Part shown: piece after piece, positions 28,513 to 38,450 of the stretch | How the letters are laid out: each line of letters opens with the position of its first letter | Numbering within the stretch: position 1 is the first letter of the stretch | DNA from: Salinispira sp. | Lineage (GTDB): Bacteria > Spirochaetota > Spirochaetia > DSM-27196 > Salinispiraceae | Direction of reading: 5' to 3' | DNA length: 64,000 bases | Assembly: GCA_965602015.1 (NCBI GenBank) | Contig: OZ271918.1 | Span: 2,944,001-3,008,000, forward strand | Position numbers and translations under genes: made by a program | The notes under the pieces: generated by a model | What the model was told of the DNA's origin: nothing | The model's database searches: none | The model's input: the letters and a program-made list of their open reading frames with translations, nothing else

Positions 28513-29835
28513 TTATTGACGCAGGGCGTCCGCCGGCTGGGCTTTTGCCGCCTTGCCCGCGGGAAAACTCGCGGCAAGAACGGTCATCAGGGTGACAAAA
28601 ATATAATTCAATATCAGGGAAAGCAACGACGCGGGAAATGTTATCCGCCCGTTGAAGGTAAACAGGTTGAACGCATTGTCAGGGGCGATGGTGAAGAATC
28701 CGGCAATAAGGGTCGCCGCGAGGGCGAGTATCATTCCGATAGCATACCCCAAGGTGCCCAGGCTGGCGGCTTCCCACAGAAATATCCGGCGTATTCCGCT
28801 TCGCTGGACCCCGACAGCCCTCATGGTCCCGATTTCCTTGATCCGCTCGATCATGATCATCCTGAAGGTATTGGTCACCCCCACCATGATGATTACGAGT
28901 ATGACGCCCAAAAGACCGTATCCGAAACCGTTCACCGCAATGTACACCGGAGTCAACACGCTAAAGAACTCGTTAATGTTCTGCATACTGAATCGGCTGC
29001 CTTCCCAGGGGTCTTCCTCCTCAGATTCGAAAACAAAGCTGAAGTTGGTGAAATCCGGGGTATCGGCCTCGTCCCGGGGAGCCATCTGTGAGCTCTCGCC
29101 GACCCGTTGATACAGCAAATCAGTAAACGCATCGACCTGGTCAAGGCTCTCCAGGGTCACATTCAGGGTCTGGTAGCTGCCCTCTGAGAGGTTGATCATC
29201 TGATTTACCCGGTCGATGTTTGCGTAACTGGAAAGGGCGCCCAGAAAGCTGGGGTCGGTCATGATTCCCCGGACCACGAAGCCGCCGACGTTCTGCTGGC
29301 CGGTAACCGTTGATGTCCGGATCGTGATTTCCTCGCCCAATTCGATGTTGAGGCTCTCGGCGGCGCTTTCGCTGATGAGGATGCCTCTGGGGTCGTTCAT
29401 CGCCTCTTCGACCGAACCTTGTTTGAGTTCGAGGCGGTTAACCAGCTGGCTTTCGTTCATCCAATCCACGCCCTGCACCGCCTGGCTGGTCTGCCGTCCG
29501 CTAAAAATCATGGTTCCGAACATCTGTGAGCGGCGCACAAGTTCTAGGGAATCTATTCCCAGCTCCCTTTGAATGTCCTCGAGGGCTTCAATGACTACAG
29601 CTTCGTCACGGAATTCTTCAATTACTTCCCCGTCATCACGCTTGATCTCTTCGCTTATGTAAATGTGACCGGCCAGCAGGTAGGAGAAATTCTCCTTTAT
29701 ATTGCTCAATGCACCGGTGGTGAACCCATTCACCAGGGTAATAATCATCACGCCGAAGGCGATGGCGAAACCCAAAAGAAGGCTCCGTTTTTTTTGCCGG
29801 CTCAAATTTCGCGCGGCGATATTCAAATATTTCAT
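28513..29835 (-). CDS. ABC transporter permease, MacB/FtsX/LolC-E family
   Basis: IAARNLSRQKKRS, ERIKEIGTMRAVG, PAGKAAKAQPADALR. Confidence 0.92.
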   Translation of the reverse strand: MKYLNIAARNLSRQKKRSLLLGFAIAFGVMIITLVNGFTTGALSNIKENFSYLLAGHIYISEEIKRDDGEVIEEFRDEAVVIEALEDIQRELGIDSLELVRRSQMFGTMIFSGRQTSQAVQGVDWMNESQLVNRLELKQGSVEEAMNDPRGILISESAAESLNIELGEEITIRTSTVTGQQNVGGFVVRGIMTDPSFLGALSSYANIDRVNQMINLSEGSYQTLNVTLESLDQVDAFTDLLYQRVGESSQMAPRDEADTPDFTNFSFVFESEEEDPWEGSRFSMQNINEFFSVLTPVYIAVNGFGYGLLGVILVIIMVGVTNTFRMIMIERIKEIGTMRAVGVQRSGIRRIFLWEAASLGTLGYAIGMILALAATLIAGFFTIAPDNAFNLFTFNGRITFPASLLSLILNYIFVTLMTVLAASFPAGKAAKAQPADALRQ

Positions 29836-29865
29836 TTCACTCTTCCTCGCTGATGCAATGCATGC

Positions 29866-31395
29866 CTATACGCTTTGCATCGCTTCAACGGGCTGGATCT
29901 TGAGAGCCACCCGCACAGGATACCAGCTTGACACCAATCCGATACCCAGCATGATCAGATATGCGGTAAGTATGCTCATAGGATCGAACACCGGCCGGAA
30001 CACCGAGCCGCCGAATATCAGTTCGATCACCTGATTTCCCGCCGGGATTCCCACCCGGTTGATGATGCCGATAACTATGGCGCCAAGAAAAAGGCCGATG
30101 CTGCCGAACACCAATGAGATGCTCATGGTCTCGGCGATGAACATCTCGCGGACGATGTTCTTTTTGGCGCCGAGGCTTCGCATGGTGCCGATTTCCTTGG
30201 TGCGCTCAATAACGGAGATGACCAGGGTGTTCATGATGATAATCACCGCCACCACCGCCAGAATAATTACCACGATGTAGAAGAACACCTGGAATGCAGT
30301 GTTAATCAGCGCCGAGCTTCCGGCGGCCACTGCCCAGTCAACGGCCTCCACGTCCATTCCCTGGTCGGCAAAATGAGCGTTCATTTCCTGAATCGTCGCG
30401 GCGGTTTGACCCTCGGATTCCAGGCGTACCAGGAGGTAGCTCCAGGCTCCGGCGTCCGGCCGGGACGCCAGGGTTCTCGCGCTGGTGTCCCCCAGAATAC
30501 CGAAAAGATTTTCCTCGTTTAGATCGGTTTCCACGGTTTCCACGTCGACGGAAAACAGGGCGTCATCAGAAAACAGGTCGTCGGACCCGCCGCTGGAGCC
30601 AAAAAGCGAGTCCCCGGCATCCAATAGGCTGGAATCCGCCTCATCGATATTGACCGCGTCGGAGGTGCCCACGACCAAACCGGACAGGGCCCGAACCGTG
30701 GACGCGTCGACGAAGGCATAGGGCTGAAGGTCGGCTCCTTCGGCAGCATATTCGTAGATGCCCAAAAGCTCGAGCCGTCGGATTCGGATGCTTCCGCCGC
30801 CTCCGCCGCCGGGACCTCCGCCGGAGAATCCCTGAATCTTGAGCTCGTCGCCGATTTCGATGGTCTCGCCCAGATCTTCCCGGATATCCTCGACGGTAGC
30901 CCGGGGCAAAACGATGCCCTGTTCGCCGGGTTCGAGGAAGCGGCCCTCAAGAAGGCGAATGCTGTTAGGGAACATGGCGAGGTAGCTTTCCGGCTCGATG
31001 CCGAAAATCGGCGCAATGGCCGCCCTGGTCTGTTCCTCCGTTGAAAAATCGACGGTGCCGAAGCTGGTTATCTGGGGGTTTGCGGCCACCACATTGTCCA
31101 GCGAACTGACGTAGGCATACACCTGGTCATAGTTCGGAACTGTCTGGCCGGCCGGGTCGCCGCCGAAGCCCGAAGCCCCTTCAATGGTGACGGCATTCTC
31201 CCCCGTGGCTCGAACGAGAATGTGACCGGTGAAGCTGTCAATAAAGGTCTGCCTGGTGGCTTGCGAGAGGGTGGCCAGCACCGAATTGCCCAGGGTGAGG
31301 ATAAATATGCCCAGTGCGATGAGAATGCCGATGATAAGTGTCTTTGATTTGTGCTGCCGGAGGTTCCGGAAGGCAATTCGCATGAGAATCGGCAT
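29866..31395 (-). CDS. ABC transporter permease, MacB/FtsX/LolC-E family
   Basis: IAFRNL, ERTKEIGTMRSLG, YPVRVALKIQPVEAM. Confidence 0.92.
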   Translation of the reverse strand: MPILMRIAFRNLRQHKSKTLIIGILIALGIFILTLGNSVLATLSQATRQTFIDSFTGHILVRATGENAVTIEGASGFGGDPAGQTVPNYDQVYAYVSSLDNVVAANPQITSFGTVDFSTEEQTRAAIAPIFGIEPESYLAMFPNSIRLLEGRFLEPGEQGIVLPRATVEDIREDLGETIEIGDELKIQGFSGGGPGGGGGGSIRIRRLELLGIYEYAAEGADLQPYAFVDASTVRALSGLVVGTSDAVNIDEADSSLLDAGDSLFGSSGGSDDLFSDDALFSVDVETVETDLNEENLFGILGDTSARTLASRPDAGAWSYLLVRLESEGQTAATIQEMNAHFADQGMDVEAVDWAVAAGSSALINTAFQVFFYIVVIILAVVAVIIIMNTLVISVIERTKEIGTMRSLGAKKNIVREMFIAETMSISLVFGSIGLFLGAIVIGIINRVGIPAGNQVIELIFGGSVFRPVFDPMSILTAYLIMLGIGLVSSWYPVRVALKIQPVEAMQSV

Positions 31396-31396
31396 A

Positions 31397-32092
31397 TCAG
31401 TGCTCCCGGCGTTCTTCGTGAATGATCTTCCCGTCCTGCAGTTTTATGATGTGGTCGGCAATATCCACGATGGTCGGATCATGGGTGGAGAAGATAAAGG
31501 TGGTTTCCTGCTCGCGGTTGATCTTTTTCATCAGCTCGATAATCTGCTCCCCGGTGGCAGAGTCCAGGTTCGCCGTGGGTTCGTCCGCCAGGATTACCTG
31601 GGGCTTGCCCACCAGAGCCCGGGCAATAGCGACCCGTTGACGCTGACCGCCGGACAGTTCGTTGGGCCGGTGATTTCGCCATTCGGTCAGCCCCACCTCT
31701 TCGATCAAATAGTCAATCCACTCCCGCTTTTCTGCCTTTCCCATCCGTTCTTTACCGAGGAGCAGGGGAAACTCGATGTTTTCGTAGACATCCAGTACGG
31801 GGATAAGATTAAAACTTTGAAATATGAACCCGATGAACCGGTGACGCAGCTCGGTAATCTGTTTATCGTTCAGGGTTTTTGTGTCAACGTCATCGATTAC
31901 CACCGAACCGCTGCTGGGGACGTCTATGCAGCCCAGCATATTCAAAATCGTGGATTTTCCCGATCCCGAAGGGCCGGCAATCGAAATGAAGTCTCCTTTC
32001 TGAATGACCGAGCTGACGCCCTGAACCGCATGGACCTCGGTCTTTCCGAGGGGATAGATCTTATGAACTTCCTTGAGTTCAACAATTGACAT
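31397..32092 (-). CDS. ABC transporter ATP-binding protein (LolD-like)
   Basis: GPSGSGKST, LSGGQRQRVAIARAL, ADEPTANLD; AAGGAG RBS before ATG 32092. Confidence 0.95.
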   Translation of the reverse strand: MSIVELKEVHKIYPLGKTEVHAVQGVSSVIQKGDFISIAGPSGSGKSTILNMLGCIDVPSSGSVVIDDVDTKTLNDKQITELRHRFIGFIFQSFNLIPVLDVYENIEFPLLLGKERMGKAEKREWIDYLIEEVGLTEWRNHRPNELSGGQRQRVAIARALVGKPQVILADEPTANLDSATGEQIIELMKKINREQETTFIFSTHDPTIVDIADHIIKLQDGKIIHEERREH

Positions 32093-32250
32093 AGATGCTC
32101 CTTCCAGGCCGAAACCCCCGCCAGTAATGCGGAGAACAGCATTTCGCAAAATTACGTTATGATTGGTACTCTTCGCAGTATAAAATATTCATAAAAAAGG
32201 TCGACGCCCACTTTATTCGAGGGACATTGGGGCCTATGAAGATGAGAATT

Positions 32251-33069
32251 TCATGAAAACCTGCGCAGACGTACTCCGGCAGGTTCTTCGAGTTCGGCAG
32301 GAAGTGAACCGGACAGATTGAGGACTGCCCTCCAGGACCGGGGAAGTCCGCTGCAGATTTCAATCCGCTCCGCTTTAGAAGGATGATTGAGGGACAGTTT
32401 CCAGGAACGCAGATACATCCGCGGCATGCCGGCCTCGCTCTGCCCGTACAGCTCGGCCACCTGGGGAATGGAGGCGAACTCCCGGTTCACCGGCTTCCAG
32501 CCATGCTGGGAATCCCCGATTATCGGTTTTCCCAGGACCTCGCAGTGTATTCTGGCCTGATGGGTCCTGCCGGTAAAAAGCTCGACTGACAACAGACAGA
32601 GATCCATTCCCCGAACAGAGAAGTTCAGCATCCCGCTGATCCTGCTGACCGCCGGCTGCTTCTCCCCGTTTCCCCCCTGACGGACCGGAACCGTCACCTC
32701 GGCCTCGTCGGCCATGTGCCCGGCGCAGAGAGCAAGGTACTGCTTCCGCACTGAGAGCGGCGGCGTTCCGCCTTGCATCCCGCCTGTGCCGGGATCCGGC
32801 GCGCCGGAGGAAAACAGTTCGCCCATTTCCCGGGCGCTTGCCTTGTCCAGACAAAATGCAATAGCGCCGCTGGTTTCCCGGTCCAGACGGTGCGCCGGGA
32901 ACACCCGGGCATGCATTCTGCCTGAAAGGCTGTTGACCAGAGACGGGGTCTTCCGGTCGTACTGATTCGGATGGGTCAGCATGCCCGCCGGCTTGTCGAC
33001 AATAAGGAGAGCAGAGTCCCGGTACAGCAGGGGTATTGTAATTGGCGGCTTTTTTACTTTTTTAGTCAT
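32251..33069 (-). CDS. RluA family pseudouridine synthase
   Basis: DKPAGM, HRLDRETSG, TGRTHQARIH, PIIGD. Confidence 0.92.
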   Translation of the reverse strand: MTKKVKKPPITIPLLYRDSALLIVDKPAGMLTHPNQYDRKTPSLVNSLSGRMHARVFPAHRLDRETSGAIAFCLDKASAREMGELFSSGAPDPGTGGMQGGTPPLSVRKQYLALCAGHMADEAEVTVPVRQGGNGEKQPAVSRISGMLNFSVRGMDLCLLSVELFTGRTHQARIHCEVLGKPIIGDSQHGWKPVNREFASIPQVAELYGQSEAGMPRMYLRSWKLSLNHPSKAERIEICSGLPRSWRAVLNLSGSLPAELEEPAGVRLRRFS

Positions 33070-33795
33070 TTAATCTGTAAAATCCTGCACTGGTTTAATT
33101 TCGGCAGTTACAATAACTCCTTCAATGATCCCCCCAGCAATCTCTTCAAGACTCATAAACGGAAGCTGATCCGGATCTACGGTCCCCCCCTGCGTACTTA
33201 ATATTACAAAAAACGGCCGTTCATCTCCATGGAGGTCCAGTCTGCCGGGGTAGCCCTGTACCCTAAACGACGAGCTCCGAAAAAAATCGATAGTTTTGCT
33301 GGAAATGGACGAAGAACCATCTTGCAACACCGCCGCAGTAAAATGGATTGGACCACCGGCTGGCTCATCGTTGTTGTCCTCCCGTATAGAAATCAGGACC
33401 TGATGCCCCGGCCTCATGTATGCAAAGAGTCCCGGTACATCGCTTGTAGCGAGCAGGGACCCGCTGACCACATATGCCCGAAATACCGCAAGCGCCGCCG
33501 ACTCGGATTCGAGGGTATAAGTACGGGCATACAGAGTGAGGGGAACCGAATATGCAAGGAAGCGTTCGAATTCACTGTACTCCCGGAGAACCAAGCCGTC
33601 TCCTCCTGCGATATTAGAATATGTAGAGCATGAGGTGAGGCCAAAAGCTGTGACCATATAAAGCAGGAAAAAAACTGCCAACCGTGGTTTTGAAAATTTT
33701 TGCCGGCCATAGCTCATTAACGCCACCTTTTCTATTCGTGTAATTTTAAGCGCTAGGGTATTTCCAAGCGCCCGGTACTTATCCATTATATCCAC
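33070..33795 (-). CDS. Hypothetical protein, possible lipoprotein (start uncertain)
   Basis: Hydrophobic stretch ending LTSC; stop abuts the RluA start. Confidence 0.55.
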   Translation of the reverse strand: MDIMDKYRALGNTLALKITRIEKVALMSYGRQKFSKPRLAVFFLLYMVTAFGLTSCSTYSNIAGGDGLVLREYSEFERFLAYSVPLTLYARTYTLESESAALAVFRAYVVSGSLLATSDVPGLFAYMRPGHQVLISIREDNNDEPAGGPIHFTAAVLQDGSSSISSKTIDFFRSSSFRVQGYPGRLDLHGDERPFFVILSTQGGTVDPDQLPFMSLEEIAGGIIEGVIVTAEIKPVQDFTD

Positions 33796-33891
33796 AGATA
33801 CCTGCGGGGCAATATGACCGTTACATGTAGCAAAATGATATCGTATACTTCACGGGGTTACCTGAGTATTTTACCTGTCGAAGAGGCATAC

Positions 33892-35406
33892 ATGAGAAAA
33901 AGAAACGGCTTTTTAGCCGGGAAGCTGCCCGAAACCAAACTTGTGATGGGCTATACCAGCTACGCAATTGTCGGGGTGATACTTCTGTCACTTCCCTGGT
34001 CCACCAGCACCGCCGTCGGTTTCCTTGACAATATTTTTATCACAATATCGGCGATATCCACCACGGGACTTGCGACAGTCAGCGTGCCCGATAGCTACTC
34101 GTTTATCGGACAGCTGTTTATCCTCATCCTCATCCAATTGGGCGGAATCGGATATATGACATTCGGCTCTTTTGTAGTTCTATCGACGAGCCAAAACTTG
34201 AGTAGCGAACGAAAGACTGTACACCGGACCGCTTTCAGCCTGCCCAAACACTTCAGCATTAAAAAATTCGTCAAAAGCATTGTGATATATACATCTGCAA
34301 TAGAAGCGATCGGCGCCATTGTGCTTGCAATCATTTTTTGGAATGACGGCAGGGCAAACCCCGTTTGGAGCGGCATCTTCCACAGTATTTCCTCATTTTG
34401 CACGGCGGGTTTTAGTATCTATCAAAACAGCTTCGAGAACTATGCAGATAATATTCCGCTGAATATCACCGTGGCGGCTCTGAGTTTTCTCGGTGCGGTG
34501 GGATACATCGTGATGGTCGATGTGTGGCTATTGCTCAAAGGCGATCGAAAATCCATAACCTTTACCAGCAAGATTATCCTGGGCACCACCTTCGCATTGT
34601 TTTTTATGGGCAGCGCTTTGCTGCTCCTCGATTATGCCGTGAGCGGCAACAGCGGCTCCGGCGCATTGCTGCGCTCTCTTTTTCAGGCGATGACCGCGTT
34701 GACCACTGTGGGATTTAATACGGTTTTACTTGCCGACATGCGGTCCTTTTCGCTCTTTGTTCTCATGATTTTGATGATCATCGGGGCCTCACCGTCCGGC
34801 ACGGGAGGCGGAGTAAAATCAACTACCATCAGCGGCATTATCGGAATCATTCACAGCGTTTTTTCGAAGAACAAGGAATACATCCGGTATAGAAACGGGG
34901 TAGAGGAATCACAAGCGCCTGCACAAAAAAACACGATTTTCTCCCGGCTCCGGGCATTTCTCGGTAAAAAAGCTCCTGCCAACGGTGATAGCGCATCGGA
35001 GGAAACCGGGACCGGAGGGAAGGACGGTGATTCCGAGGAAGAGCTCAGCCATCTCTTGGGCAATATCTACAAAATAAAGCTGCTCGGCCGTGCGATTCCT
35101 TTTGAACGAATAATTCACGCCATGGCGACATTCTCATTTTACTTTCTTATACTTTTCCTCGGAACCCTGGCCTTACTGCTCAGCGAATCCCATGATTTCG
35201 AGCAGATTTTTTTTGAGGCGGCTTCCGGCCTCGGGACCGTGGGCTTGAGCACAGGTATAACCGGAGATTTGTCAGGTGTTGGAAAAGTAATTATCAGCAT
35301 TCTTATGTTCATAGGCAGACTCGGGCCGATAACCTTTGGAGTCTATCTATTCTCCGGTGTACCGGATAGCGAACCTGAGAATGAAAATGAAGATTTGGTA
35401 ATATAG
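33892..35406 (+). CDS. Second TrkH/KtrB family potassium uptake protein
   Basis: SAISTTGL, SSFCTAGF, TTVGFN, GASPSGTGGGVK, SGLGTVGLS. Confidence 0.92.
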   Translation: MRKRNGFLAGKLPETKLVMGYTSYAIVGVILLSLPWSTSTAVGFLDNIFITISAISTTGLATVSVPDSYSFIGQLFILILIQLGGIGYMTFGSFVVLSTSQNLSSERKTVHRTAFSLPKHFSIKKFVKSIVIYTSAIEAIGAIVLAIIFWNDGRANPVWSGIFHSISSFCTAGFSIYQNSFENYADNIPLNITVAALSFLGAVGYIVMVDVWLLLKGDRKSITFTSKIILGTTFALFFMGSALLLLDYAVSGNSGSGALLRSLFQAMTALTTVGFNTVLLADMRSFSLFVLMILMIIGASPSGTGGGVKSTTISGIIGIIHSVFSKNKEYIRYRNGVEESQAPAQKNTIFSRLRAFLGKKAPANGDSASEETGTGGKDGDSEEELSHLLGNIYKIKLLGRAIPFERIIHAMATFSFYFLILFLGTLALLLSESHDFEQIFFEAASGLGTVGLSTGITGDLSGVGKVIISILMFIGRLGPITFGVYLFSGVPDSEPENENEDLVI

Positions 35407-35410
35407 AAAT

Positions 35411-35435
35411 AAAAAACCCCGCCGGACGGCGGGGT
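35411..35435 (-). terminator. Rho-independent terminator
   Basis: A-run followed by CCCCGCCG-ga-CGGCGGGG, between convergent genes. Confidence 0.75.
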
Positions 35436-35511
35436 CGGAGCAATATTCCAGGCTTAAGATTCTTCGATTGATGCCGTTGCAGTCAGCAACTCCGGCGCCC
35501 GGAAGCCCTGA

Positions 35512-36030
35512 TTACTCCCGGTAGCTTTCCACTTCCGCTGCGCTGGAACGGGCCCAGTACTGGGAACGGGAGAAAATCGCTATTTTCCCTTTCACCTCGA
35601 GGGTTTCCTGTCCGTCGATGGCTCGGCGGTGGCTGCCCGGGAGAAAATTCACGTCCAGGGCATAGCGCCTCCCGTCATTGGGGTCGATTATGAATCCCCT
35701 GGTCCATTCGCCTTCGCTTCTTCGGGGCTCGAGATTATATATCCAGGACACGCCGATTACCGGAAGGGTGTTCAATGGCCGGGATTCCGGGTGGCCGTCA
35801 TATCTGGCATCAACTTTTTCCGCGATGGTGTCTTCGGGTCTTCCGATGAGTTTGACGATTCTCCCGAAGGCCATGCCGTCCTCCAAATAGATTTCCCAAA
35901 ATGCCGTGGGCTCGCCTTCTTCATCTACGCTCTTCCAAAACCCCTCAATAGGATCGGCGGTCAACGCGGCGATGGACGCAATCATCAGTACTATTCCCGT
36001 GACAATGACTCGCAGTGCTTTGTGCTTCAT
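35512..36030 (-). CDS. DUF2147 family exported protein
   Basis: Signal peptide; DPIEGFWKSVD, WTRGFIIDPNDGRRY, RSQYWAR. Confidence 0.85.
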   Translation of the reverse strand: MKHKALRVIVTGIVLMIASIAALTADPIEGFWKSVDEEGEPTAFWEIYLEDGMAFGRIVKLIGRPEDTIAEKVDARYDGHPESRPLNTLPVIGVSWIYNLEPRRSEGEWTRGFIIDPNDGRRYALDVNFLPGSHRRAIDGQETLEVKGKIAIFSRSQYWARSSAAEVESYRE

Positions 36031-36131
36031 GAATAACCTCGCTGCTTCCTAGTATTTTTGATCATTATACTATGTCTTTGTGCAAAATGAGAAAAAACCA
36101 TAGCTATCGCATTCCCGAATACGGATTGTGC

Positions 36132-38228
36132 TTATTTCGGGCGCCTTGTCGGGTTGACCCGCCGCGAGGGGGCGGCCAGCAGGTTCTGCCTCCCCGCACC
36201 GCGGTCATCGAGCTTGAAGCGCCCAAGCATTTGATCCAGGACTTTCGCCTGCCCCGAGAGCTCCTCTGCCGCTGCCGAACTTTCTTCGGCGCTGGCGGTG
36301 TTGGATTGGGTTACCTGCTCGATCTGCTCGAGAGCCTCGGTTATCTGATTCAGCCCGGTGGTCTGCTCGCTGCTGGCCTGGGAAATTTCCTGCAACAGCA
36401 CCGAAACCTGTTCGCTGCCGTTGAGAATACTTCCCAGCTGCCCGGCGGTCTGCTGCACCAGTTCATCGCCTTGACGAATATTCCTTAATGCGGTTTCCAC
36501 CATTGCCCCGGTTTCCTTCACGGCTTCTGCGCTGCGATTTGCCAGGTTCCTCACCTCATCAGCGACCACGGCGAAACCCTTGCCGTATTTTCCGCTGCGG
36601 GCAGCTTCCACATTGGCATTGAGGGCCAGCAGGTTGGTCTGAAAGGCGATGTCATCGATCACCTTCACAATGCGCTGAATCTCCTTTGATGATTCGGTGA
36701 TCGCCTCCATGGCGCTCACCAGCTCAATCATCTGATTATTCCCCGTTCGGGCGTCTTCCGCCGATCGGGTAGCAATGACATTGGCTTCCTTTGCGTTATC
36801 TGAATTCTGCTGGCTTTGGGAGTTTATTTCCGTGAGAGAGCTGCTGATTTCTTCCAGGCTGGCAGCCTGTTCGGTGGCTCCCTGGCTCAGGTTCTGACTC
36901 GACTGGGCAATTTGATCGGCGGAAATGCTCACCTGATTGGAAGCCATCTGTATTTCCCTGAGCACCTCGCTCATCGAGGTTTTCATTTGCAGAAGGGCTT
37001 CGCCCAGTCCGTCTGAATCAGAGGCCTTATCCACATCAAGGGCGAAGTTCCCGTCGCCTATTTCAGTAAGCTGTTGGGCCTTCACCTTCAGCTCGGAAAC
37101 CATCTGATACACAGACTGGTAAACCCCGCGGATGTTTTTATCATTCTTAAATTCAATTTCCAGATCTCCCAGGCTGACCTTCTGGGCCACATCCTCAAGC
37201 ACCATCGGATCGATTCCGAGCTGACTGAGAATAGAGGCGGTGGTGATTACCGCCATCAGCACAGCGAGCAGAATTGCGCCGCCGGAAATGAGGGCGACCA
37301 GCAGAATTACCGAGCGGACCGAAGCCTCCATGCCGTCGATTGCGCTATTGGCCCTGGTTTGGAAATACCCGACCACCGTTGCAAGTTCCTGCTGGGTGCT
37401 TGCCAAAGCCGGGACCGTACGGCCGGAAAAATCCGCCAAGGCCTGAGTCTGACCCGCCCGGATACCGTCCAGATAGGAGATCGTGCTGTTTTTTACCTGT
37501 TCCAGAATCGTCAACTGAGGCATTATCCGGGTGCTGAACAGCTGGTTTGCAGCCTGAACGGAACCGGCTGCCACGAGCTCGGTGATTTGCCCGGCGGCGG
37601 AGTACAAGCGTTCGTGGGGCTCCTCCCACTGAGCCAGTAGCTCGGCAAACAGGGGATCATCTGTGGTGTACGAATAGTACCACGTACCAAAATCCCCGCC
37701 CCGGGGGTCCAGACCGCCGGTGAACTCGGTGCCGCTGATAATGCTGTTGCTTAAATCCTTCACCCATTCGAGATGATAGATCCAGCCGCTCACCAGCGCG
37801 TCATAACCGGCCCGATCGAATTCGCTGTACTGCTGGTCAATGGCAATGGCGGATTTATGCAGTTCTTCATGGGGCACCTTGAGCCTTTCCACCAGGGACG
37901 CAAGCTGGGGACTATTTGCCGCGAGGGCTTCCAACTCGCCGCCGTAAATCCAGCGGCCCAGACTGCATTGGGTGTGATCGGTCTCGACGCTCACCTCGTG
38001 AACATGATCGTTCAGGAAGAGTTCAGTAAGCCCCTGAACCCAGTTGAGATGATCGATTTCCTTGCTTATGGCGAAAATCCGGTTTTCCGTTTCCACGACC
38101 ATCCGCCGGTTTTCGTTTCTCAAATCGATAAATCTGGTCAGGCTGAGGGCGCTGAGAACAATGAGAAACAACAGCACCACGCCGAATCCGACTATGAGCT
38201 TGGCTCTGAGACTGAACTTGGAAAACAT
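36132..38228 (-). CDS. Methyl-accepting chemotaxis protein with two CZB-like domains between TM1 and TM2
   Basis: [20 protein letters not shown]...[10 protein letters not shown] signalling tip; DHLNW...CSLGRW...HEELH CZB motif. Confidence 0.92.
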   Translation of the reverse strand: MFSKFSLRAKLIVGFGVVLLFLIVLSALSLTRFIDLRNENRRMVVETENRIFAISKEIDHLNWVQGLTELFLNDHVHEVSVETDHTQCSLGRWIYGGELEALAANSPQLASLVERLKVPHEELHKSAIAIDQQYSEFDRAGYDALVSGWIYHLEWVKDLSNSIISGTEFTGGLDPRGGDFGTWYYSYTTDDPLFAELLAQWEEPHERLYSAAGQITELVAAGSVQAANQLFSTRIMPQLTILEQVKNSTISYLDGIRAGQTQALADFSGRTVPALASTQQELATVVGYFQTRANSAIDGMEASVRSVILLVALISGGAILLAVLMAVITTASILSQLGIDPMVLEDVAQKVSLGDLEIEFKNDKNIRGVYQSVYQMVSELKVKAQQLTEIGDGNFALDVDKASDSDGLGEALLQMKTSMSEVLREIQMASNQVSISADQIAQSSQNLSQGATEQAASLEEISSSLTEINSQSQQNSDNAKEANVIATRSAEDARTGNNQMIELVSAMEAITESSKEIQRIVKVIDDIAFQTNLLALNANVEAARSGKYGKGFAVVADEVRNLANRSAEAVKETGAMVETALRNIRQGDELVQQTAGQLGSILNGSEQVSVLLQEISQASSEQTTGLNQITEALEQIEQVTQSNTASAEESSAAAEELSGQAKVLDQMLGRFKLDDRGAGRQNLLAAPSRRVNPTRRPK

Positions 38229-38450
38229 CCGCGCACCTCCGTGGGCATAGCTGAGTGCCCGGAAGCTTGTTGAAGATCGGCAATAGCCCCTATATACAGC
38301 GCTAACGACGGATCAACATCGCCGTATACAGCGGACCGGAAAAAAAACCACAGGCTTCCGGGCACCCCGAAAGTATAAAACCTCAATACAATACAGTATT
38401 GTCCAGGGAGGCGAATAAATCAAACAATTAATAGTTAAATATTTATCGGT

